Virus record (IMG/VR): IMGVR_UViG_3300006155_000004
Direction: 5' to 3' (one strand)
DNA: 64,000 nucleotides
DNA from: a virus
Shown here: one piece after another, positions 54,045 to 61,588 of the stretch
Layout: every line of letters begins with the position of its first letter
Numbering within the stretch: the stretch's first letter is position 1
Notes under the pieces: generated by a model
Seen by the model: the letters and a program-made list of their open reading frames with translations, nothing else
Database searches by the model: none
Told to the model about the DNA's origin: nothing
Position numbers and translations under genes: made by a program

Positions 54045-54281
54045 ATGCTGAAATACAAATTTAATATGGAAGAAGCGCTGGAGCGTGCGAAATTTAACAC
54101 GTACAAAGCAAAGACAACTGGACTTTTAAGCCAAGATACGCTAAAAAAAATAAAGGCAGAAAGTACAGATATTAGCCTTAAAGCATTAAATAATTTATGC
54201 TTAATTTTAGATATGCCGCCAGGGGCGATTCTGGATTTCGAAATCACAGACAAGGAAAAAGAAGATAGAAAAAAACTTTGA
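54045..54281 (+). CDS. XRE-like HTH protein
   Basis: LSQDTLKKIKAESTDISLKALNNLCLILDMPPGAIL. Confidence 0.6.
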   Translation: MLKYKFNMEEALERAKFNTYKAKTTGLLSQDTLKKIKAESTDISLKALNNLCLILDMPPGAILDFEITDKEKEDRKKL

Positions 54282-54409
54282 TTATTTTAAAAATATCTCT
54301 TTACAAAGTGATAAGAATATGATATTATATAATTGTCAAGAGTGAAACCAAATGACAATAACCGACAAGGCAGAGGGCAAGCGAAGCCTCAAGGGGAAAG
54401 GAGAAAAAC

Positions 54410-54562
54410 ATGAACGAAATGAAAGAATTTGTTGCATACAGCAAAAAGCTTTTAAGGGTACTTAAAAAGATAAAATCAGCATTGCAGAACAAAGATTATG
54501 CAGAGGTTGAAAAGCTGGTTGATGAACTGATTGATGACACCGAGGGCGATATCCAGGCATAA
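54410..54562 (+). CDS. hypothetical small helical protein (50 aa)
   Basis: AAAGGAGAAAAAC RBS. Confidence 0.35.
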   Translation: MNEMKEFVAYSKKLLRVLKKIKSALQNKDYAEVEKLVDELIDDTEGDIQA

Positions 54563-54660
54563 CAGAATAAGGGTTCACAGAAAGGGCGGTCTTGTCACCG
54601 CCCCAACTGCTATTATAGGGTATCATATTTTTCTTGTTTCGGCAACTGTAAATTATTGCA

Positions 54661-54815
54661 TGGTGCATTAAAAATTCATTTCATAATGAATTAAAAATGA
54701 ATTGCATAATGAATTTCATAATGCATTAATAATGCATTTAATAATTCATTTATAACTGCATTACATAAATGCATTTTTAATGAAGTTAGTAAATGCATTA
54801 TGAACTTTAAGAACG
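54661..54815. repeat. dense array of ATG(C/A)ATT motifs (at least 9 copies), many as ATAATGCATT / CATAATGAATT
   Basis: Copies at 54686, 54697, 54709, 54721, 54732, 54756, 54769 and 54793, among others. Confidence 0.7.
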
Positions 54816-54827
54816 GAGGTTTTATAA

Positions 54828-55484
54828 ATGAGTGGAACGGAACAAAATAAACTTGATAAGTTGAACGCGCGTTATAAGCGTCAAAATGACAAGATACAAA
54901 AGAATTATGACAGAGTATCGGCAGTTCTTCCAAAGGGCAGTACAGATCGCATAAAAGCGTTAGGGATAAGCACAAATCAGTTTATAAACAGTGCGGTATC
55001 TTCCGAACTGGACAAGCTGGAAAGCGGTAAAAATCCAAAGAGAAAGCCAAAAGAGCCAACGCCTGACAAGGTAAACGGAAAGCCTGTTTACAGGTTCTGG
55101 AGAGAAGATGAATATATCAAGCGTGGCGGTCAGTGGTGGCATGAGGTTGTATTTTTCCATGATGACATGGAACTAAATGACTTGTTTATTAAATTTCTTG
55201 ATATTTCGGCAAAGGAAAATGAAAACTATAAAGACGGATGCCGCCTGTGGTTTGATTTGATAAATCCGCAAAGGGAAGTAGGTAAAATAAGTGATTTGGA
55301 ATTATTAAAAATGACAGATGAAGAAATAGGCAAAATCCCTGATGAACTGCTAGAGGAAACCATAGACCAGAACGAGGAATTAAAGGCGCTTTTGAAAGAT
55401 TGTGTGTATAATGGCAATTATAAATCGTTGCTTGAATTTATTGGATTTTACGAACTTGTGGAAACGACAAAAGACAATAAATAA
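54828..55484 (+). CDS. protein with an N-terminal Arc-like RHH segment
   Basis: NYDRVSAVLPKGSTDRIKALGISTNQFINSAV resembles ORF 42499..42678. Confidence 0.55.
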   Translation: MSGTEQNKLDKLNARYKRQNDKIQKNYDRVSAVLPKGSTDRIKALGISTNQFINSAVSSELDKLESGKNPKRKPKEPTPDKVNGKPVYRFWREDEYIKRGGQWWHEVVFFHDDMELNDLFIKFLDISAKENENYKDGCRLWFDLINPQREVGKISDLELLKMTDEEIGKIPDELLEETIDQNEELKALLKDCVYNGNYKSLLEFIGFYELVETTKDNK

Positions 55485-55639
55485 TTGCATTTACGAAATG
55501 CAGTTAATAAGTGATATTAATAATACAAGCCGTCTATATCGCAAGCATAGTCGGCTTAAATTGATATATGGCATATGTTCTTGAATGATTGTATTATATG
55601 CCATATATCCGCAATATGTCAAGTAGGAGTGCGGCAGAA

Positions 55640-55963
55640 ATGAAGCATGGAAATAAATATTATTTGCAACTAAGCAGGAAGATTTTCACAGAGGAATACA
55701 GCAATTTGTCAAACAACGCAAAATGGCTTTTCGTGGTTTTGAATGAACTGGAACAGGAATTTTGCGGAGATAAAGCAGAGGACTATTTTTATCGTTCCAA
55801 TGAGGAATTGGCGAAAGACTGCAATTTCGGACTGTCAACGCTCAAGAAAGCCAAATCCGATCTATTAAAGACCGATTTAGTCCAGTCGCGGCAAGGGCAT
55901 TTTGTAGACGATTTCGGAAAGAAAAGCGAAAAGCATTTTACATACTACCGAATAAAGTCATAA
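55640..55963 (+). CDS. replication-initiator-like winged-helix protein
   Basis: YYLQLSRKIFTEEYSNLSNNAKWLFVVLNELE..EELAKDCNFGLSTLKKAKSDL; iterons follow directly. Confidence 0.5.
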   Translation: MKHGNKYYLQLSRKIFTEEYSNLSNNAKWLFVVLNELEQEFCGDKAEDYFYRSNEELAKDCNFGLSTLKKAKSDLLKTDLVQSRQGHFVDDFGKKSEKHFTYYRIKS

Positions 55964-55967
55964 TTAG

Positions 55968-56040
55968 CAAAGGCCAATATTTATACCATTGCCCAAAGGC
56001 CAAAATATAACCCACGGCAAAGGTCAGATTTTAACCCACG
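55968..56040 (+). repeat. three tandem ~25-bp iterons CAAAGG(C/T)CA(A/G)-AT-rich-ACCC
   Basis: Units start at 55968, 55994 and 56018. Confidence 0.65.
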
Positions 56041-56480
56041 TATATAAGAACTGTATTTTATATTAAGAATTGGATTATAATTATCTAAGATTTAGTAAAT
56101 AACATAGTATTGCTAAAGCAATACGTTGTATATTTATAATATATACAATAAAACATAGCACAGTATATATTATTATCCACAGAGTATATTATACCAGTAG
56201 TCTATAGCGTACATATAGCCATAGTGTGCAGTGTTAGCCAATACAGTATATATATTCATATATCACAGAATATTAATCCAATACAGTAAATCTTTGGTCA
56301 ATAAAGTATAACATACACACATTACCGGTATGTATTAAATTATTATAATACGCGCGCGGATATATATTATATACAGCTTGCAGAATATATGTTCTGTAAA
56401 TCCACAGTTGACAGATAAATAAATCTATGATATGGTTTTAATAATTTAACAGATTTACTTAACTTTTTTGGATGGAATTG
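56041..56480. repeat. very AT-rich field with at least 7 ACAG(T/A)ATAT-like motifs, a TATTGCTAAAGCAATA palindrome and a CGCGCGCGG island
   Basis: Motif copies near 56160, 56179, 56243, 56265, 56283, 56383 and 56403. Confidence 0.55.
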
Positions 56481-56566
56481 TAGAGGGAAACTAAAACCCG
56501 GAGGTCATGACGCTATCATGGCTTTCTGGGTTATTTTTATTTTTAGGCAGAATGGAGGTGTGGAAA

Positions 56567-57115
56567 GTGGCAGATAAAGAGTATAAGCGTAAAGGATATG
56601 CGCCGGATTTGTCAGAAACAGATAACATAATGGCGGTTACTGATATTCTTTTAACGACTGTTAAATCTGGCAGACCTGCGGAATACCCAGAAGATGGGCA
56701 TGGGCTTGAAAGATTCAAGAAAACGACGGTTGAATACTTGGAGCATGTGCAGGAAATAAACAGTGGTGACGATGTGTCAAAGAAAGTCATTCCGGATATT
56801 GAATCATGGGCTTGCTATTTAGGCATTACAAGGGCTACATTGGCCACATATGCAAGGACAAGGGGAGAGGATTGGAAGCAGTTTATAGCGGTTGTCAAGA
56901 ATGGCATAGCGGCGGTTAAGAAAGACGCTGCATTCCATCAGCAGATAGCCCCGGTTATGGCCATGTTTGACTTTACAAACAATCACGACTACGTGAATAC
57001 AAATGAGTTTAAGTTAAATGCAAGTGTTACAGAAGATGCAAAGAAAGTATTAACCGCTAAAGAACTTCCTAAATTGGGAGATGTGGATAGTGCAGAAGTA
57101 AATGATAATATATAA
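56567..57115 (+). CDS. terS: terminase small subunit
   Basis: SGRPAEYPE.., IPDIESWACYLGITRATLATYAR, MAMFDFTNNHDY; GGAGGTG RBS before GTG 56567. Confidence 0.7.
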   Translation: MADKEYKRKGYAPDLSETDNIMAVTDILLTTVKSGRPAEYPEDGHGLERFKKTTVEYLEHVQEINSGDDVSKKVIPDIESWACYLGITRATLATYARTRGEDWKQFIAVVKNGIAAVKKDAAFHQQIAPVMAMFDFTNNHDYVNTNEFKLNASVTEDAKKVLTAKELPKLGDVDSAEVNDNI

Positions 57116-57206
57116 ACATATATAATTATTATGTTCTGTGCAGTGATTATATATATAAAAAATTGCTTATTGTGGTATGTATGTGTGATTATATGATAGT
57201 TAATCA

Positions 57207-57720
57207 ATGGGGCTGCGGGTCATGAAAGGGCTAAGTTCCATGAGCATTTCTTTACACGAAAAAAGCCACAAAGAGCGGGCGCCTCACCAATGGCAAAGCG
57301 TGTCCGACATCATGGCTGGAACATGCCAGGGGCAAGAGGGGGGGGGCGGACAAGAGGACGGTTCTGACGGCTATGGGACTGCCGAAACTGGGCGGCAGTG
57401 AGGTTAAAGGGATAGATGTTGTGGAGTATGGGGAGCGAGGTACAACATATTGATTTTGCAGTGTAAAAAATAGCAAGGTAAATTTTACACAGTTATTTTC
57501 AAACATATGTTCATTGATTTTTGTGCATATTGACGATAAAAAAGAGCCTTGTTGGGTGTGGGAGTGGTTGGAAGTACCCACCCCCGGGGTTTGTAGGAGA
57601 GCCACCGAGCCGCTTATTAAGCTGGTTCTGCAAATTTTTTAGAAAAAAGGGGGTTGCAACAAGTCGATCTAAAAATTTCCCGAAAAATAAAAAGGCATCC
57701 AAACATAGGACACCTTAAAA
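57207..57720. other. GC-rich, hairpin-dense non-coding block (candidate large structured RNA); contains a G9 run at 57338-57346
   Basis: Sharp composition shift against the AT-rich flanks; nested stems such as GTCCG..CGGAC, CTGG..CCAG, CTGCCG-aaactgg-CGGCAG, GGGTG..CACCC; ORFs on both strands look non-coding. Confidence 0.3.
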
Positions 57721-57785
57721 TTATTTTTCAAAAACAAAAAGGTAATATTTAATTATATTATATATACCGCGCTGAACATTGATAA

Positions 57786-57998
57786 TTACATACCCCTTTT
57801 AATCCACTGTATATCATAACCAACAATATCCAATATTTCCAAAATTTCATTGTACTTAAATGTTTCTTTGGAAAGACGGTTACTAAAGTTTTGATAGCCA
57901 AGATTGGTATTGTGTCTTTTGTTTAGTTCGTCATTTATCTGTGCCATTGTGTAGCCGGATTTTATGATAAGTGCTTTCAAATCATTTTTGTAAGCCAT
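57786..57998 (-). CDS. small HTH regulator
   Basis: MAYKNDLKALIIKSGYTMAQINDELNKR..; GGAGG RBS 8 nt upstream. Confidence 0.6.
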   Translation of the reverse strand: MAYKNDLKALIIKSGYTMAQINDELNKRHNTNLGYQNFSNRLSKETFKYNEILEILDIVGYDIQWIKRGM

Positions 57999-58041
57999 AA
58001 GATACACCTCCTTGAATGGAATACATTATATCATAATAAAT

Positions 58042-58113
58042 TTTCATTGTAAAGTTATAAAAAGACTTGCGTTTTATTATGAAAAGGTGTATAATTTCAT
58101 TATAAAGTTATAA
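58042..58113 (+). promoter_or_regulatory. two 19-bp direct repeats TTTCATT(G/A)TAAAGTTATAA flanking promoter TTGCGT-17-TATAAT
   Basis: Repeats at 58042-58060 and 58095-58113; -35 at 58067; -10 at 58090. Confidence 0.6.
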
Positions 58114-58130
58114 TTAAGGAGGTAAATACA

Positions 58131-58703
58131 ATGAAGGTCGGATATGTCAGAGTTAGCACAGTAGAGCAGAACGAGGACAGGCAGCTAAAAGGACTTGAAA
58201 ACTTCGGGATTGACAAATGGTACATTGAAAAGATTTCTGGTAAGAACACGAACAGACCAGAGTTTCAGAAAATGATGTCAGAAGTCAAAGAGGGAGATAT
58301 AATCTACGTTCACGCATTGTCAAGGCTTGCAAGGAATGCAAGGGATTTGCTGAATATTCAGTATGAATTACAGGAAAAAGGCGTGAATTTAGTTAGCAAC
58401 AAAGAAAGCATAGATACAACAACCCCTGTTGGCAGAGCGTTTTTTGGAATGTTGGCAGTGATGAACCAGTTTGAGCGTGAGGTCATGTTGGAAAGACAGG
58501 CAGAGGCTATCGCTGTTGCGAAAGAAAAAGGCACATACCGTCACAGGGGGGATAAAAAAATTGACGTGGATTTGTTTGACGAGAATTATAGCCTTTACAT
58601 TGACGGAAACTTGACTAAGGTTGAGTTTGCAAAGAATATAGGCGTTTCCAGACCCACTCTTGATAAGATTTTGAAGAAAAGAGAGGGAGGAGAGGAAATA
58701 TGA
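58131..58703 (+). CDS. small serine recombinase (resolvase/invertase family)
   Basis: MKVGYVRVSTVEQNEDRQ, SRLARNARDL, C-terminal HTH EFAKNIGVSRPTLDKIL. Confidence 0.9.
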   Translation: MKVGYVRVSTVEQNEDRQLKGLENFGIDKWYIEKISGKNTNRPEFQKMMSEVKEGDIIYVHALSRLARNARDLLNIQYELQEKGVNLVSNKESIDTTTPVGRAFFGMLAVMNQFEREVMLERQAEAIAVAKEKGTYRHRGDKKIDVDLFDENYSLYIDGNLTKVEFAKNIGVSRPTLDKILKKREGGEEI

Positions 58704-59170
58704 AAATATTTGGTTATGTCAGGGATAAAGACGGAAATTTTGAAAATCGCAAAAATAAAGTCATTGAATTTTCAAAACAGATGGATTTTTCGATAGATAA
58801 ATTTATCTGTGAAAAATCTTCTGAAAACTACGAAGATATGACAGAGATTAGAAAGCTACTGGAAGACGAAAAGGATTTTGTTCTTTTAGTTTCTGACGCA
58901 TCGGATTTATTTGAAGATGACTATGCCTGTGTAAAACTCTTACCGATTTTAGAGAAAAATAATGTGTTTTTGGTAGACGCATATTATCCTAATTTGGACT
59001 ATCGAATGATGATGGAGAAAAACTGTAAAGATTGTCCGTCAAACTTCTTGCAAAATCGCCTTATGGTAATATTGGAAATATATTTGAGGAAAAAGTATGA
59101 TGGGAGCGATGACAATATGGTTTATGGTGATATGAGGACAAGGCTTTCTGAATGGAAAAACAGCTTGTAA
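58700..59170 (+). CDS. resolvase-N-like paralog lacking the catalytic serine
   Basis: MKIFGYVRDKDGNFENRK.. and VLLVSDASDLFED follow the resolvase N-domain pattern, but the Ser position is not Ser; ATGA overlap with 58131..58703. Confidence 0.55.
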   Translation: MKIFGYVRDKDGNFENRKNKVIEFSKQMDFSIDKFICEKSSENYEDMTEIRKLLEDEKDFVLLVSDASDLFEDDYACVKLLPILEKNNVFLVDAYYPNLDYRMMMEKNCKDCPSNFLQNRLMVILEIYLRKKYDGSDDNMVYGDMRTRLSEWKNSL

Positions 59171-59281
59171 ACCAAACAACAAGTTCTAACCAACAAAAGA
59201 TAAAATCTCAAACCACTCCCGATTAAATCAATCAAAACACCAAAGCTACCAACAACAAAATCAAATATAAGGCGGTGCAAC

Positions 59282-59464
59282 ATGAACACAGTACAAGAAA
59301 ACATAGAACTTTTCCGAAAACTGCAATCAGCACTTATCGAGGACAAAGTTTTGTATGACGCATTTGCCGCAAGTATAGAAAGTGCAATAAAAGAACTTCC
59401 ACCACACATAGACAGAGAATGTGCGGCAAAGAGAATAGCGGATAGGATTATTGGGAGGGGATAA
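59282..59464 (+). CDS. hypothetical protein
   Basis: ORF track. Confidence 0.45.
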   Translation: MNTVQENIELFRKLQSALIEDKVLYDAFAASIESAIKELPPHIDRECAAKRIADRIIGRG

Positions 59465-59466
59465 GA

Positions 59467-59637
59467 ATGTGGGTAAAAGGAAAGCCAAACATAAGTGGAA
59501 ATTACAAAGTTAGATACAAGGGAAAAGAGGGAAGAGACGACTATACAACTTCGGGCGGTGGTCATTGGTGGAATACAGGAACAATTCACGACCAAGAAGA
59601 GGTTGAATATGATCCAGCCAGTTTTAGGGAATTATAA
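59467..59637 (+). CDS. hypothetical small protein (56 aa)
   Basis: ATG 3 nt after the upstream stop. Confidence 0.4.
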   Translation: MWVKGKPNISGNYKVRYKGKEGRDDYTTSGGGHWWNTGTIHDQEEVEYDPASFREL

Positions 59638-59641
59638 TTTT

Positions 59642-59713
59642 AGGGCTATCGCCAAACGGTAAGGCACAGCGCTTTGACTGCTGTATTTCCGGGTTCGAGT
59701 CCTGGTAGCCCTG
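59642..59713 (+). tRNA. tRNA-Gln (anticodon UUG)
   Basis: Acceptor AGGGCTA/TAGCCCT, anticodon loop CTTTGAC, T-arm CCGGG-TTCGAGT-CCTGG; no encoded CCA. Confidence 0.85.
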
Positions 59714-59792
59714 TTGCCGCGACTTGCGCCGGAGTTGCGCGGGAATAAAGTTAATGGGTCGCGGTATTAAATCTGAAAGCGAGGGAGTTTTG

Positions 59793-59942
59793 ATGATTAT
59801 TGCCATCTTTGGGATAATTGTTTTTCAACTCGTGGAACGGATTGCCATAGTCGAGAAATCCTCAACAGAGGTTTTGAGGAAATGCATCTGTATGTTAGGG
59901 TTTTCATACAATGCAATTCCGGCAAGGCATGAAGTCCCGTGA
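59793..59942 (+). CDS. possible small membrane protein (49 aa)
   Basis: GAGGGAG RBS; hydrophobic MIIAIFGIIVFQLV. Confidence 0.3.
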   Translation: MIIAIFGIIVFQLVERIAIVEKSSTEVLRKCICMLGFSYNAIPARHEVP

Positions 59943-60118
59943 AAGCCATATCTGCAAGAAGATAATCCGCAAAATGCTGAAAAGCCAGTATTGATTATTA
60001 AAAATTATAATTGAGATAATGAACCAACAAAACTATCAAACATTGCGGATATGGCGGATTTAAGAAAATATATAAACTTATCGGCGGCGGCTTGTTGGTC
60101 TCGTTGCCGCCGGTTTAT

Positions 60119-60191
60119 GCGGGCATAGCTCAATCGGAAGAGCACTGGACTCCAAAACCAGAAGTCGTAGGTTCGACCCCCTCTGCCCGTG
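60119..60191 (+). tRNA. tRNA-Trp-like (anticodon CCA) with A31:A39 and two T-stem mismatches
   Basis: Acceptor GCGGGCA/TGCCCGT (G1:U72), D-arm GCTC..GAGC, loop CTCCAAA; T-stem GTAGG/CCCTC pairs only 3 of 5. Confidence 0.6.
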
Positions 60192-60244
60192 CTTAGTATC
60201 AAATATTTGTATTATTCGATATCTCCTTTTAACCCCGTAGTGGA

Positions 60245-60601
60245 ATGCTGTTAAGAGCCATCGCACGGCTTGCGGGGATTCGGTGGAGCGACCACCATTA
60301 TAAAAACAATCCGTGTAAAAATGTCACAAGTCTTGCAGGCAGGATGTCTAATGCCGAGGGGAAACTTGGAAAGATAATTTTCGGTTCATTTGTTGGAGAT
60401 CCAGGAGGGAAAAACTATATTGAACTGCCAATAAAGAGTGCGGACGTTTTTAGCAACAATATACTAGCGATCAATGGTGATTTTGTTGTGTATGGCGGCT
60501 TCGTTATTGGTTTCAACTTCTACAAAGAAAATGTCGTGTGTATATTATCTGCTGCGAGAAGCGGGGCCATAAGGATCAATTATATATATTTCCATGTTTA
60601 G
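60245..60601 (+). CDS. hypothetical beta-rich protein (start uncertain; ATG 60344 possible)
   Basis: ORF track. Confidence 0.4.
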   Translation: MLLRAIARLAGIRWSDHHYKNNPCKNVTSLAGRMSNAEGKLGKIIFGSFVGDPGGKNYIELPIKSADVFSNNILAINGDFVVYGGFVIGFNFYKENVVCILSAARSGAIRINYIYFHV

Positions 60602-60672
60602 GCGCGTCAGTTGAAAGATAAGTGAAATGGTTTGTGTGGCGGGGAGGAACCCGCAAAAGGGAGGATATGGGA

Positions 60673-60855
60673 ATGGCGAGCACGACAAGAAAACCAATTC
60701 CAAGGAAGTATGAAGAGTGCCTAAATTGCCCGAACGATATTCCTGGTTATGGAAAGTGTAAGATAAAGTTTGACAATTTTTATTATCGGAGAGGGAAAAA
60801 TAATCGTTGTTTCCATTGTCAAGAGGAAATCAGAAAATTGAAATTAGGATTCTAA
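60673..60855 (+). CDS. small Cys4 zinc-ribbon protein
   Basis: GGGAGG RBS 8 nt upstream; CLNCP...CFHC. Confidence 0.45.
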   Translation: MASTTRKPIPRKYEECLNCPNDIPGYGKCKIKFDNFYYRRGKNNRCFHCQEEIRKLKLGF

Positions 60856-60963
60856 AATCCATTTTAAGCCATTTTAACCCCACGCCCTATAATTTCATCA
60901 CCGAAACACAAAAGAGGGCGTTTTGGGGCAAATAGGAGCGTTAGAGAGGTATCAAAACAATAA

Positions 60964-61046
60964 GGGAAGTTATACAGTAGGGGCAGCGGGGCAGTCTGTA
61001 AAACTGTTATCTTTGGATTCGGGCGGTTCGACTCCGCCACTTCCCA
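60964..61046 (+). tRNA. tRNA-Tyr-like (anticodon GUA, long variable arm) with an unpaired D-stem
   Basis: Perfect acceptor GGGAAGT/ACTTCCC and T-arm GGCGG-TTCGACT-CCGCC, loop CTGTAAA, variable arm ATC-TTTG-GAT; no D-stem complementarity found. Confidence 0.6.
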
Positions 61047-61164
61047 TTTTGATAATACTTGCCATTATCAAATCAAGCACAGCATGAGCCTTTAGGGTAT
61101 AGTGCGGTAGTCTGATAAACTATGTGGGGAATGGGAGGCAAGTTTCCAAACCCCATGCTTGTAT

Positions 61165-61236
61165 GGTGTCATAGCCAAGTGGATAAGGCAACAGACTGCA
61201 ACTCTGTTATCGAGGGTTCAAATCCCTCTGACATCT
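61165..61236 (+). tRNA. tRNA-Cys (anticodon GCA)
   Basis: Acceptor GGTGTCA/TGACATC, D-arm GCC..GGC, loop CTGCAAC, T-arm GAGGG-TTCAAAT-CCCTC. Confidence 0.8.
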
Positions 61237-61409
61237 CTTTTTATAAAAACCTGTCGGTCAAGCCTATATGGTGAGCAAAAATAGAGAATCAGTAAAGCCT
61301 TAAATGACCGTAAAACCCGTGATAGCCCCGGACACGCAAGGGATTAGTTTCCCGGATACGGAAATCGTCACGAATTGCCGCATAGTTGTGAAAGGTCTAT
61401 GCGGAATAT

Positions 61410-61483
61410 GCGGGAGTACCCAAGTGGTGATTGGATGCGTCTTATACACGTCAACGCCGCAGGTTCGATTCCTGCTTCCCGTA
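61410..61483 (+). tRNA. tRNA-like element, anticodon-loop CTTATAC (UAU, Ile-like); non-canonical (extra nucleotide before the D-stem, G:U at both acceptor ends)
   Basis: T-arm GCAGG-TTCGATT-CCTGC perfect; D-arm CCAA-GTGGTGA-TTGG; anticodon stem only 4 bp. Confidence 0.35.
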
Positions 61484-61588
61484 CTTAACAGCGGAATAGC
61501 CCGACGGGGCAAAAAGTGGCAAACTCCACAAGCCGCCTGTCCGTTGTTTAACAAAATTGTGGAGAGAAAAGCATAGTGGAGGTGCGAT

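Noticed and set aside
57596-57620. GAGCC..GGTTC hairpin resembling group II intron domain V
   Set aside because: It is only about 22 nt, against about 34 nt for domain V. It lacks the bulge and GNRA loop, no GUGYG 5' end was found, and no reverse transcriptase ORF is present in the window.
59171-59275. About 100-nt C/A-rich, almost G-free tract after the resolvase-like gene
   Set aside because: This is a real compositional oddity seen by eye, but I can attach no function. It may simply be an unstructured 5' leader for ORF 59282.
59122-59595. 157-aa minus-strand ORF
   Set aside because: It is antisense to three plus-strand ORFs that have RBSs. Its translation is Ser/Cys/Phe/Leu-rich and has no motif.
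61082-61158. Possible additional tRNA-Ile(GAU) gene between the Tyr-like and Cys tRNAs
   Set aside because: The anticodon arm (GTAGT-CTGATAA-ACTAT) and a 6/7 acceptor stem are present. But there is no D-stem, the T-loop reads GGCAAGT, and 2-3 extra nucleotides precede the 3' acceptor strand. It is best viewed as a decayed remnant and is not reported as a gene.
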